DNA of 64,000 nucleotides from the NCBI GenBank assembly GCA_951406725.2, contig OX597825.1, positions 86,738,001-86,802,000 on the forward strand, in the 5' to 3' direction. A program made the position numbers and the translations under genes. This stretch comes from Octopus vulgaris. Lineage: Eukaryota. Of the stretch, positions 26,932 through 40,261 are shown piece after piece (within the stretch, counting starts at the first letter, position 1; each line of letters opens with the position of its first letter). The notes beneath the pieces were generated by a model that saw only the letters and a program-made list of their open reading frames with translations, was not told the DNA's origin and searched no databases.

Positions 26932-28229
26932 TCTAACGAATTCAGTTTTATGATTATGATATTTTTCTTTCTCTTCACAGCAAACTAAAATCAAAATGAA
27001 AAAAAAATGAATAAAATTGCAAGATGTTCTTTTTTCCCCTTTCGTATCCAGAAATGCGTAGAAGCGATACAAATATGTAAGTAACGAATCTAGCACGACA
27101 GTGATAAACTATACAGAAATATCCTTTTGTGTATATCTACGGACTTTCCATCATAGCATGCAAAAGTTTTCTTCACGTTCTTCTGTAACACATTAATGAG
27201 AAAAAGCTTAGTGTTTTTCTATCACACCAGCAGCTGCAAGTTTCAAATGAAATAAGAGAAAAACCTAAATAAAAAGACAAAACTTTCTAGTGAAATAGCA
27301 CCGCAAGACAAATAGCAGGCATTTCGGATAAATTATTTCCTGTCTTTCTGAAATGACTTCTTGTCAGATTAGAACCAAATAAATAGACCTTCCAGGCGCC
27401 TGCATTTATACAGTTTAGTCTTCTCTATCGATCAGGATGTTTCTGCTCGAAGCTAAATAGTATTTAGCGAGTAACAACAACGACAACAACAACTATCTCG
27501 AACTCGTTATATTTGCAAAAGTATTGTTTGTTTGTCATTTTAACTTGATTTATTTTAATAAATAGCCGCTGTCAGAATTCGGAACTATCTTGAGAGTTTA
27601 TTTCAAATTTTCGAAGCCTACTTTGATCACGGTGCTACAATACAAAATCCTTCGACGGCCAAGCAATACATCCTTAGACAAACCTCCTTTAACAAACTGA
27701 CAGCTTTTAAATAAAAGCAACATATTTTAAATCTTAGAAGATGTTCACAAACGAAAGGAAAAAAATGGATGGCTATAAATAGAAACGGTAATAAATTATT
27801 ATAATTAGTCGGTTACATTCGAGCGATAGGGTTAAACAAACATGGCCGAGTGAGGATTCTCTATAACCACTAGAAGTGGTAGCAGTGGGCTTCCAGGATA
27901 TATTGTGAGGCTACGGATCACAAAGGTTCAGACCTGACCGAGATTGTTTTATGAAACATCAGCACTTTCCCGTCTCTTCCTGCCTTCTCTCTCCAACCCA
28001 TCAACACTTCCTATTTATACAACTCTCCATCCTCTTCACTCCACATGTCACCATCCTTCAGAAACTAGGCTTCTGGACATTGGATTAGCAATTTAGTTAA
28101 GCAGGCATTCGTAGGGGCAATTATCATCAACATGTTGAAAAAGGTGATTAGAGTAGAATCAATAGAGTCCAGTAAGGAAGTCGCGACAGGAAAACATAGA
28201 CTAGAAGGAGATCTAGTTAGAAAATTGGG

Positions 28230-29203
28230 CGCTTAGGAAGGACATCACAACCGGCAAGCTTTGTGGCGAGATTGGCCCTAAATCAAGTCTTCAACGTGAA
28301 GCATGAAAGCTGCGTTACTAGAGCTAAAGTGCTTTTAATTTAAGCCACGAAGGAAGGAAAACCGTGCGATAGGTCGACCATGACGAGTTTGTGCTATTAC
28401 TCGATTGCAAGAAAATGTGAGAGGCTTTTTAGCAGTACCCTGTTCAGCGTGAGTAGCGGGATGGATTGCAGGATGGACTTCAATGCTTACTTCGACAGCC
28501 TGTCACGTCTTGGTAACGGTTCTGCTAGTCGAGGAGAGTTAAAGTTGCTGAGAAAATACTTGGCGGCCGTTCACATTGTATCCACAATGCACAGCGACAT
28601 CTATTCGATGGTCAGAGTAAATGGTCACAAACTGGAACCTTCCAGTATTGTACGCTCAGTCTACCAAGCTTGTCAGCTCTCATCTTTTCTGTATGTCCTG
28701 ACATTCGAGCCACAAATACGAAAGCTGGAATTCTGCGCAAACAAGGATGCGAAAGACACGTACCGGCATACGTGGACGGTGCCATCGTCACTGAATCGGA
28801 CACCAAGCACATTGAGGTGATCGCCACCACTCTAAGGGTCTAGGAGGCAGTGAGAGGAAATGTCTGTGGGTCTGCAACTAGTTACCCAGAGGGCAGTACT
28901 ATGCTATCCAACTGTCTCGTCGGTTGCTGTTAGAAGCGATCATTTACATAGCTCGGTGTTTGATCTCGGCCAAGATCTTCTGATGGCAAGGTGACGGGCA
29001 GAGTGGCCATTCTCACCTGGAAATGGGGGATTGTACTTTTGTGGGGTTTCTACGGGTAGCCCCCCCCTCTGACACTCCCTCACATTCGACAATTTTCTTT
29101 ATTAAAATTTTAGTTTTTCTTTTGTTTACACGTCGCTTCGTCTTCTGTAACCTTGTTCTTGTAATGAGCTCGTTTTTTCGTGAGCCTCCGGAGGCCAATA
29201 AAG

Positions 29204-29237
<34 letters not shown>
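28230..29237 (+). mobile_element. Decayed L1/Tx1-type LINE (RT fragment plus 3' end)
   Basis: SMVRVNGHKLEPSSIVRSVYQACQLSSFLYVLTFEP resembles VRQGCPLSPLLY; 3' stem-loop GCCTCCGGAGGC, AATAAAGAAAT, (CAT)n tail. Confidence 0.75.
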
Positions 29238-29350
29238 TTTAGATTGAAGAAAGAATATTCGTAGTTTTATTTTTGAATAGGCGTTTGCTACAACTGAATG
29301 ACAACAGGAAATATCGAGGGGATCTCTCTCTCCCCCCTTCTCTCTCTCTC

Positions 29351-29380
<30 letters not shown>

Positions 29381-29385
<5 letters not shown>

Positions 29386-29555
29386 TAGATAGACCTGTTC
29401 ATATATATGTGTGTTTGTGTGTGTGTGAGTGTGTGTGTAATAGACAGCCGTATACATTATATATATATATAATGTATACGGCTGTCTATTACACACACAC
29501 TCACACACACACAAACACACACAAACACACAAACACACACATATATATGAACAGG

Positions 29556-29572
<17 letters not shown>
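29381..29572. repeat. Spacerless palindrome centred on (TA)n
   Basis: AGACCTGTTCATATATATG...TAATAGACAGCCGTATACAT | ATGTATACGGCTGTCTATTA...CATATATATGAACAGGTCT. Confidence 0.9.
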
Positions 29573-29650
<78 letters not shown>

Positions 29651-29686
29651 GCCCGGCTATGTATGCATCTACCTACAATTCTGTCT

Positions 29687-29718
<32 letters not shown>

Positions 29719-30649
29719 TTTCGTTGCCGCCTCACTGAATGGACAGACATTTGTAACGCCATGCTCATAACACTGTTGACAGGGAAGAAGCGGGGTGGCG
29801 GTGAGAGGAATGGCCGGTACAGGATTGATGGCGTCTCTGTATCGGTCGGCTGCTTCGTTGAAATATAGAAAAATATATCGGTGAATGATGCTAGAAATGT
29901 CGAAAAAATTAAAAAAAGAAATAAATAAAAAGGTCTCCGTTCTCTCATTCATTTTGAAGAGAGTAAGGTGAAGTTTGAGTGGTATTTCTACATGGCTTCA
30001 CTGCCACACTGTACCACCTTCAATTAACCCCTGCTACACAATGTGTTGTATGGCCGTCAACTAGCTGGAAGTCTGTTCCAATCAATAGACCGATGGATGT
30101 CTCAATTCTTTAGCCTGTCTACCGAGTATCGGTCAGTTCAATCAAACTTGAGCTGGGGACCGTACGGACATTGTTGCAACAGGGGTGACAACACGAATTT
30201 AATGGAAAAGCGTTTCAGGACAAAAATAAGAGCAACGACAACAGTAAAAGTGGAATCAACAAGGTAGCTTGTAAGTGGTTGTTTTACATACTTGAAATAG
30301 TAGTCAAATTACCCTGAAGTCATCCTTTGTTGTCGTAAAGTAAAATTTGGAAACACAGATTCCCGAAGCAACTACTGTGAGGCCATATATATTACACTCT
30401 CACGACCTTTACAGACTCATCGAAATAGCAACCGGAAAATCTAATGTCACTCTGTTGGAGCTGATAGCCTCAATGAAGTTAGACTATCCGAATTATGAAA
30501 TTTTGACACTTGCTGAATGACTAAAAATATTTTTCAGTTTGTTTCACAATTCCAGTTAGAGTTGGGAACCATTTTCATTTGAAAATTCTGAATATCAAAG
30601 TAAATAAAATATTTTCAGATCCAAGCTAATGATTGGTCGACTTTGGCAC

Positions 30650-31050
30650 CTGAAACAGTGACTAAAGGTTCCGCAAGGTTGATGATCCTTTACGTTTCCA
30701 CAGAAGTCCGACAGATTGACATTTTCACAAGTTTGTTTTTAGTGTTGGTGGGATTAAAAATTGTATCTTAGAAGAACATTGGGACTGATTGGAGACCAGG
30801 ACTGTTTAGGAATCGGTGTAAAGTCTCTAAACTCATCAGATATCTCCAACTAAATGGACCAATCAAATGGTTAGATGTCGTCATAGGCGAATTGAAACAG
30901 GTTGTTCACAGCTGATTTCGATAACGTTCTTGTAAAGTGAGCAGATATAAGTAGGGACTATCTGTCCATGGTTGCACATCGTCGACTATACGGACCATTG
31001 GATTTTCACATGAATATATGGATGTGGGGTTTGGCCACAGAAATGTTAAT
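30650..31050 (-). pseudogene. Possible decayed non-LTR RT fragment
   Basis: Minus strand DDVQPWTDSPYLYLL followed by FAYDDI (YADD-like). Confidence 0.3.
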
Positions 31051-31172
31051 GTATCGTTTCTAGAAAGTTTTCGAGGAAGAGACCACAGGAAGAGACTACG
31101 AAGTAAGAGACAAAAATAAATCTAAAAATAAATAATTTGGGTTGGTCAAGGAATATTTACATAAAATAATAG

Positions 31173-31215
<43 letters not shown>

Positions 31216-31805
31216 GAGGAGGAAAACACGATGTTTGTTTGACATTGAGTCATTAGTAAGAAATTCTGGAAAGGCATAAATGTCACATGCACGCATTCAT
31301 ATCCATCGCCATTTCCATCCTCAAAATCTACTTCTCGACCTCCAGTATTGTTGATATGCAGCCAAGAAATCATTATATACAGTATTATACATACTTTATA
31401 TACCACATCATACATACAGCCATATTCGACACACTGCATTCATTATTAGCACAATGCAAGACTTTCGACATCTTGGTCGGACTGGGAAGTTGGGCTCGTT
31501 TCTCTTTCTAGATCTTCGCCATACTTGTTTCTCTCTCTCCTCCTACGCTTACTGCACCTGCTGCTCCTCCTCCTTATCCTTCGCCACCACCCCACCACAA
31601 CTTCTTCTTCTTCTTCTTCTTCCTCTTCTCCTCCTCCTCCTCCTCCTCCGCTCCTCTTCCCCTCCTCCCCCATCCACCTCTTTCTCCTCCTCAGTTTTAT
31701 ATATATTTCATACACTATTATTCCATCACCATCAATTTTCTGTCATTTTACTCTCCTTACTCTCTTCCCCATCTCCGCCGCCGCCACCACCACCACCACC
31801 ACCAC

Positions 31806-31875
<70 letters not shown>

Positions 31876-32113
31876 GTACATTCACAAGTTTATTATTTAC
31901 ACGGAGCAACATATTCACATACGCGAAATACTTAGGCACAGCAGTGCAAATACACAGGTGGGCATATAACCACACACACACACACACATACAGACACACT
32001 CATACACACACACACACATACGCGTACTCACACGCACAGCTGTATACAGACGTAATGTCGGCAATAGCAAATATAGCATGTGAAGTCGATAGAAAGACTC
32101 AGTTTGAATTGTG

Positions 32114-32144
<31 letters not shown>

Positions 32145-32294
32145 GGGGAGCGAGAGGGAGAGGGAGAGAGGGAGAGAGAGGGAAAGAGAGGGAGAGAGAG
32201 AGGGAGAGAGAGAGAGAGACAGACTGTCACAAGTGATTTGATATGGAAAAGCAGAAACCCCGAGAAAATATAACGAAGAGACATTACACACGAG

Positions 32295-32325
32295 AATAAT
32301 AATAATAATAATAATATTAATGATG

Positions 32326-32420
<95 letters not shown>

Positions 32421-32467
32421 TAATAATATTAATGATAATAATAATGATAATGATAATAATAATATTG

Positions 32468-32503
<36 letters not shown>

Positions 32504-32515
32504 TTAATGATAATA

Positions 32516-32552
<37 letters not shown>

Positions 32553-32593
32553 TATTAATGATAATAATAATGATAATGATAATAATAATATTG

Positions 32594-32626
<33 letters not shown>

Positions 32627-32627
32627 T

Positions 32628-32662
<35 letters not shown>

Positions 32663-32665
32663 TTG

Positions 32666-32745
<80 letters not shown>

Positions 32746-32811
32746 AATAAAAATAATAATATTAATAATAATAATAATGATAATGATAATAATGATAATG
32801 ATAATAATACT
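32295..32811. repeat. (AAT)n/(GAT) compound microsatellite with higher-order blocks
   Basis: About 515-bp run with recurring ATTAATGAT and ATTGAT interruptions. Confidence 0.95.
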
Positions 32812-33113
32812 AATCGATCAACTCTTCAATTCGTCTTCTCTCTTTGCTGTTCGTCTCCTTTTGTCTTTTTGAAATTTCTCCTCCACCTCTCTCTCTCCCT
32901 CTCTCTGTGTCCCTCTTGGTTTTGTTGCTATAGCAACAATTATGGTGAGCCGCCATCATACTTTCCAGCAGCCTTAAGCTCCAGGATTAAAATAAGAATG
33001 GGTTTTTTCGTTCTACAGAATCAACGAACCAACAGAATATTTGTTTTACCGTTTTCTTTTTTATTTATTTGGTAGCAGTGTGTTTGTTTGTTGTTTTGGT
33101 CGGTTATGAGTGC

Positions 33114-33210
33114 GGACACCTCGCACTTGAGTTACACATCTCGCACTTGAGTTGCATATCTCGCACTTGAGTTGGACACCTTGCACTTGAGTTGCATATC
33201 TCGCACTTGA
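33114..33210. repeat. 20-bp minisatellite, 5 copies
   Basis: Core (C/T)GCACTTGAGTT with exact 20-bp period. Confidence 0.9.
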
Positions 33211-33996
33211 CATGTCTTCATCTCAACACAGAAATAACAAACAAACAAACATGAAAAATAGAAAAGAAATTCAAATACCATTTCCTTACAGCAATAACAT
33301 ATTAGGTGCCGAAATACCTACTTCTATAATCTATAAAAGGAGCGCCTGGGGTCAGAGAAAGGGGTCGAAAGGTGTCGAAAGGAGTCAAATAGGTCCTACG
33401 ATGAAAGATTCTGTCAATGAAAAGAAGTTTGAACTCATAAAAGTAACATGAATAATTTCGATGTTGTAACCTTTCTGTCAACTTTCTTTTATCTCAATCG
33501 TCTCGGTTCGATACAAGATCAAATCTTGTATAAGCTGTTCCAAAATCAATGGCAGGATATTACAGGAACTTATCGGAAAAAAAACAACAACTTTGAATAT
33601 GGCTGCCCATCACACGAAATACTTGACAAATGGCTAAGAATTTTATTTAACGGAGGGCAGCTGTATTCCAGGCTTGCGGTTCATACCGTCACCTCAGCAC
33701 CGGCAATATTCTGTGTTATGCACGTAAGTAACGATGCTCCATTCCAAATAGATGACCATCGTAAGGAGAATCTAAATACGACGTGTGTGTATCCAAACTG
33801 CGCCTGTGTATATATATCTAGTTTGATATTTCCAGGAGTTGGATTGAAGGCTGAGGGTCAGATATACACCCGTCATGGATCATACTGTGGGTTCAAGGAA
33901 AACAACATGGTTTCTTCAAGCTAATCTGAAATAATAATGATGATGATGATGATGATGATGATGTTAATAATAATAATAATAATAATAATGATGATG

Positions 33997-34043
<47 letters not shown>

Positions 34044-34046
<3 letters not shown>

Positions 34047-34262
34047 TTTTTTATTGCCCACAAGGGGCTAAACACAGAGGGGACAAACAAGGACAGACAA
34101 ACGGATTAAGTCGATTATATCGACCCCAGTACGTAACTGGTACTTAATTTAACGATCCCGAAAGGATGAAAGGCAAAGTCGGCCTCGGCGGAATTTGAAC
34201 TCAGGACGTAGCGGCAGACGAAATGCTGCTAAGCATTTCGCCCGACGTGCTAACGTTTCTGT
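34044..34262 (-). mobile_element. SINE family A with LINE-like tail
   Basis: Reverse-complement copy, same tail as 60478-60714. Confidence 0.9.
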
Positions 34263-34277
34263 GAGAATAATAATAAC

Positions 34278-34832
34278 AGCACGCCACTAGCCCAGAAATA
34301 AGATAAGAATTGTTCATTTGACTCTTTGCAACAAGTATGGACTTGACAGAGCAAAAAAGTGGTACGAACATTAACCCGAAGGCATCATCGAAAATGATAA
34401 TTCAAATATCCTATCGGTATTTTATGATTCAGTGCGTCCATGAGATAAAGAATAGGAAGCCAGGCATAGTGTTAATTGAGAAAAAAAGCAAATTATGCTG
34501 GATCATAGATATAGCATGCCCAGATGACAAAACGGTATGCGATGAGGAAAAAAGAAAAGTCGAGAGATATGACAGGTTAGCTTGGGAGGTTAAGGAGTTG
34601 TGGTCGCTGAAAATGGTAGTAGTACCAATAACTGTCGGAGCCCCGGGAACATAGAATAAAAATCTTGAGAAGTACATGGAACAAATAGCACTGCTTAGAA
34701 CCGCTCGAATACTCCGGATGGCCTTCGAAAAATAAGGGGTAGTAGTAGTGAACGGCTGACAACGTAGTACATCCCCAACGTTAAAAGCAGTGCAAATAAA
34801 TAAATAGATAAATAAATAAATAAATAAATAAA
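34278..34832 (+). mobile_element. 3' fragment of an R4/Dong-type (RLE) non-LTR retrotransposon
   Basis: LCNKYGLDRAKKWYEH...IENDN...NRKPGIVLIEKKSKLCWIIDIACPDD...KVERYDRLAWEVKELWSL...VVPITVGAPGT, a restriction-like endonuclease; TAA/TAAA repeats on the flanks. Confidence 0.85.
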
Positions 34833-35279
34833 TAATGATGATGATGATAACACTGCATTGAAAATGGTTAGAAAAGGTGTACAGTCCTCACCATCCAGAT
34901 TGGCTGCCGACACCGAATGCAGTTGATGGCTCTTCGAAAATTCACAAAATGGCGGCCATTGGAAAACATCATTAAGGAAGAAATTCCAGAGGGATTATGT
35001 AATGGGGGAAGAAGGAATTCAAAGAGTTGTTAGTGTGGTGAATGGGGTTGGCTGTGGAGACGAAATGAATGATGAGAAGAGGAAGAGAAAGAGGAGAAAG
35101 AAGAGAAGGAAGAGGAAGTGGAGGAGGAGAAGGAGAACGATGAGAAGGAAGATGAGGAAGAAGATGAGGAGGGAGAAGAGGAGGAAAGTTTGAGTGGAGG
35201 GCATGTGAAGCGAGTCAACTTCGAGAAACAGATGTCACTAAATTAGTAGCAGATATGTCAGAATGAGAAGACAACCCAT

Positions 35280-36095
35280 GCAGGCGACCACCACCACCAG
35301 CACCGCACTGCCACAACCGCCACACCGCCACCACCACCGCTAATACCCGTACCACTAATCCCTACCATTAATCACTCCCTCTTTTCCATTATTATGACCG
35401 CCAATACCATCACTGCTACAATAAGCATTGATCACCGGCATCTCATCCAACACTACTACTACTACCGCAACCACCACTCTACTACCGCCGCAACCACCAC
35501 TCTACTACCACCGTAACCACCACTCTACTACCACCGCAACCACCACTCTACTACCACCGCTGCCGCCGCTGCCGCCGCTGCCGCCGCTGCCGCCGCCGCT
35601 GCCGCCGCTGCCGCCGCTGCCGCCGCTACCGCTGCTTCCGCCGCTGCCGCCGCCTCAGCCATCTTCGTGGCCACCATCGCTGCACTGTATCGACATAATC
35701 ACCGAATACCTTCAACACGATAGTTACCACTACCACCACCGCCGCCGTCAACACCACCACCTCCTCCGCTGCCGCCGCCGCCGCCACCACCACCATAGGA
35801 CAATAACTACGACGACTACCACCACTACTACTACTACCACCGCAGCCAATATTAATCACCAGGTGAGCAACCATGACAAGTTCCCAGCATCACCACGACC
35901 ACCACGACCACCACCACCACCACCACCACCACCACCACCACCACCACCACCACCACCACCATCACCTCCACGACTACCAACAACAAACTCACCAATACAC
36001 CACAAACACAGCAGCTAAAACAAGCTCCACCGTTACCACCACCACCACCACCACCACCACCACCACCACCACCACAACCACCGCCACCACCCCCA
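35280..36095. repeat. C-rich (CAC)n/(GCC)n region with a 23-bp minisatellite and a (GCCGCCGCT)n tract
   Basis: CCGCAACCACCACTCTACTACCA x4 at about 35465-35560; 9-mer array at about 35560-35655. Confidence 0.85.
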
Positions 36096-36820
36096 TTCAT
36101 TTACAATTCCCTCAAAACAGCCATCATTCATACATTGTCCGTGTAATTTGTCGCTTCGCATCAACAAATGCGCTAAGCTGCTAAGTCTAATGTATTTGAA
36201 GCCGTCAGATCTAAAGCAGAACTTCGTTAAGGACCCAAGTATTAAGAAATTGCTGTCAATTTTAGCCGAGTAATGTAACAATTAGGTGGAATTAAGCGAC
36301 GGCTTTGTCTTATATCAAGAATGCGATTTATTTGAGTAACGCAGTGCAGAAGAGGCTCACAGACCAAAGACACTGGCTTTAATTAACCGACCACACGTCA
36401 ACACACGCGCACACACATACACACATGCACTCTCTCTCTCTCATCTCTGTGTGTATGTGTATACATGCATATACATACTTATATAAATATAAATTATACA
36501 TATATACATACATGCATATGTACATACATATATATGTATGTATACACACATATATACATATATGTATATGTGTTTGAATATAATTGTTCCCTCTTGAAAT
36601 AAAACTGAACAATGATATACATACATACACACACACACACATATACACACACATATACATACATACATATATATATATGTATATATATAGGTGTATACAT
36701 ATATACGTACATATTTATACATACATATATATACACACACACATATATATATATATATACATACATATATGTATATGCATATATATATGCATATACATAT
36801 ATATGTATATATATGTATAT

Positions 36821-36878
<58 letters not shown>

Positions 36879-37082
36879 TTTATTTAAAAGCAGCAGAAAA
36901 TTCAACAAAACCTGTTACTCTGAGTTTCACGTTCCCGTTCGTCGGACAGATTTTTGTATATATATATATATATGTATATATATATACATACACGCACAGG
37001 TTAGGTAGAACAAAACTCAGTAAATAGAACTCAACACATGAATGTGTATTATTATTATTATTATTATTTTTACTATTACCAC

Positions 37083-37143
<61 letters not shown>

Positions 37144-37145
<2 letters not shown>

Positions 37146-37410
37146 GGTGGTGAGCTGGCAAACTCGTTATTACGCCGGATAAGATGCTTGGCGGCATCTC
37201 ATCCGTGTTTACGTTTTAAGTTCAAATGCAGCCGAGGTCGCAAGCGTGAGTGACATTGTTAGTGCTTGTGAAAGTCTTGCGCAGATACGACAAGGTTGCA
37301 CAAGACCTTCATTGGCTACGAAGCCGGAAGTGTGGATACGAGGTAACCGGTGCTTGGTACCAACATACACCAGGAAAGGAAATAGACGAAAACGGGAAGA
37401 TTTCTGTGAA
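37144..37410 (+). mobile_element. SINE A 5' half fused to an R4/Dong-type fragment
   Basis: SINE head ends at GCCGAGGTCG (about 37240), then DIVSACESLAQ / DKVAQDLHW...WYQHTPGKEIDENGKI. Confidence 0.6.
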
Positions 37411-38227
37411 TATATTTTTTATTAACAATATCAACACACAAACAAACAAACTAAAACATAAGCCAAACGTCAGCATGAGTGAATGGAACGAGTGAAACAA
37501 ATTATAAAGAATAAAGAAATAATAACGACAAAGGCCGACAAAGGAACTGCAGGAGTCTTGATGGACACAGATTATTATAAAAATCTTGTGTTATCCATAT
37601 TAGAAGACGATGCATACTATGTTAAGGCATAACGCTGCAGTGAACCCAAAATAATGAAAAACCTTTATAAACATTTATAAGCTTATGTCGAGAAGGACTC
37701 ACCGACGAGGAATGCGACAAGATCACCAATTTCAGATGCAAATCTAACCTCTTCTATGGCATACAAAAGTGGAAAATATGGAAAAAGAAGTGAATCATGC
37801 CCCTTCACCAAACGATCCGAAGTTAAGACCAATAACAGCTGGTCTTGCATGCATAAGGCCATTGCATAAGTAATTTTTTGGATAACCTGCTCAAGCCATT
37901 TCAGAAGGTTCATAAGAAATGACTTAGACATACTTAACCGTTTCCCCAAAACAGTTAACGAGAAAAACATCTTTCGAAGTAGTGGATTTCAATTGAAACA
38001 TCCGTCATGACAGGTATAAAGGTGATTAAATTCTGGCGAGATAATTATACACCTGAACTCCTCTATGCCATAAAAATTATAATTAAAGGACTAAAAATTA
38101 TCGTAGAGGATAATTATTTTATGTTCAATGTCAACTTTTCCCGACAAAACTCTGGGACTGCGATGGGGACGAAAAGAGCTCCTTTATTTGCAAATATAGT
38201 TAAAGGCTACATAGAGATCATGCTGTA

Positions 38228-38433
38228 CAGGGTGGGCCAAAAATCACGCACAAAATAATTTCAATATGCTCCGGAATTGTCAAAGACGTGCTTCAGTTTT
38301 TCTAAAATTGAATAAAATAAAATAATGATGAATACAAACGTTCTTGTTATATGATGAACAAAATGAATAATAATGATAAAGTAATATAAATAAAATATCA
38401 AATATTTTGGTGCATAACTTTTGACCTACCCTG
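38228..38433. mobile_element. Tc1/mariner-type MITE inserted in the PLE RT
   Basis: TIRs CAGGGTGGGCCAAAAATCACGCACAAAATA and TATTTTGGTGCATAACTTTTGACCTACCCTG; TA duplication. Confidence 0.85.
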
Positions 38434-39657
38434 TACAAAAAAAAAAATGGAAAAGGAAACTATTTCTCCTTTTACGTACAAGAAGACTGGAAGAGGTACC
38501 ATGACGATTGCTTCAACCTGTGGAATGAAAGCACAGAGAAACTAATAGAATTTGAAACACTTCGCAATAGAATTAATGAAACTATTTAATTCACCATGGA
38601 ATATGGCCATATGCAACTCACATTTTTAGACATCTTTATAAAGAAAGTTAACAACGAAATAGAGAACGATATTTACTATGAACCTTCGGAGTCCAAAGAA
38701 TAGCTTCCATTCAATCCGTGCCATCCATGACATACCAGAATGAATGTAGCCAAGTCGAAAGGAACTGTACAGTAGTGCCTGATACAAACATCTGTGACAT
38801 AAGACTCCAGGAACTGAAGGATTAATTTCTTGACAGGAATTACCCACCGCCATTAATCGATAATCGAATTGAACGAGTCCCAAAACTCAGTATACAGAAA
38901 ACAATGAAGACCACAACATCACATTTCATAACATACTGTTACAACAAAAGGACCCCAGGATGGGTGAAATCCTCCAAAGGCACATGTCGTCATAAAGAGT
39001 AAAAGACAATGCAAAGTAATGGCTAAGACAGAATTAGGGGTCAGACTCCACGCAATCAGAACAAAAACGCGTACGACACAGCCGTGGTGTTTACTTGAAT
39101 CTGACAAAGGAATCAGCGATCCGTTTTAAAGAAGAATAATTCTTTACTTAAGAATTAACTTCACCTGTGCATCTCAATATCTAATCTATTTAATAATATG
39201 TGGGAAGGATACATTTGACAGACAGAGAAAGCTTTACGCGAAAACATGGGACCCAGTAAACATATAAACACATGCGCAGGTAAGAAGCAAGCAAATTTCA
39301 CGATTTTCCTCTCTACAAATTTGGGGACAACACCAACGCATTATTAAAGAAATTCCGATGACACGAAAAGGGAGACAAAAGCATCTACCACTAACAAGGC
39401 TGTAACCGTTACTGGGGCCACCACCACGATTGGCAACACCACTACTCCTTAGACTAAGGGCTGCTATGAACCACAAGAGCCATTGACATATTTCTTTTCA
39501 CTTATATTAACAGGTCATCACCAACAGTTAAGAAGAAACACAAGGACACAGAATGCAGCTGCGTGGGATTTTTATGAGGACAAAATATATAAAAATCCTG
39601 AACTGATTCTCATGAAAGTCTAAGCTAATTCATTTCAATTTTCCTTTCCATTTTATT

Positions 39658-39700
39658 CCAGCATGAAGAGGTCGTCTCAAACGGTCGAAACCGATGCAGG
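39658..39700 (+). ncRNA. Decayed hammerhead at the PLE 3' end
   Basis: C(A)TGAAGA GGTCGT-ctcaa-ACGGTC GAAA CCGAT; core and stem III mutated. Confidence 0.5.
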
Positions 39701-39747
39701 ATTAGCTAAAAATAATGCATACGTATAAACTTCTCTAACTATTCTTC

Positions 39748-39878
<131 letters not shown>

Positions 39879-40011
39879 TTCAATTTGCAGAATGGGAAAT
39901 TACCATTATTTTCCAAGTAGAAGAAAACATTCTACATCACAAAGCGGTTCATAAAGCGCTAGTAAAATGAACAAAGCACGAGCGAGGGTGCACACGCAGA
40001 GCGTGCGTTTC

Positions 40012-40111
<100 letters not shown>

Positions 40112-40150
40112 GAGATGGGTAACTGATGTATAGCCGCTTAATCAAAACCA

Positions 40151-40209
<59 letters not shown>

Positions 40210-40229
40210 CATATATCTCGTCATATATC

Positions 40230-40261
<32 letters not shown>

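Larger units (their letters stand above)
37490..39720 (+). mobile_element. Decayed Penelope-like element (RT plus GIY-YIG endonuclease)
   Basis: KADKG (37531), NYFMFN...QNSGTAMGTKRAPLFANI (38154), WKRYHDDCF (38488), FTME, FLD, CHP, FTCASQYLIYLIICG...YI*QT (about 39160-39225); hammerhead relic near the 3' end. Confidence 0.85.

Noticed and set aside
32320-33075. 251-aa poly-N/D ORF
   Set aside because: (AAT)n repeat; the remainder has no protein-like signature
33448-33924. 158-aa non-repetitive ORF
   Set aside because: No recognisable domain or splice support; compatible with chance
35428-36018. Proline-rich, formin-like 196-aa ORF
   Set aside because: Arises from CAC/GCC repeats open in several frames, with no adjoining domain or splice support
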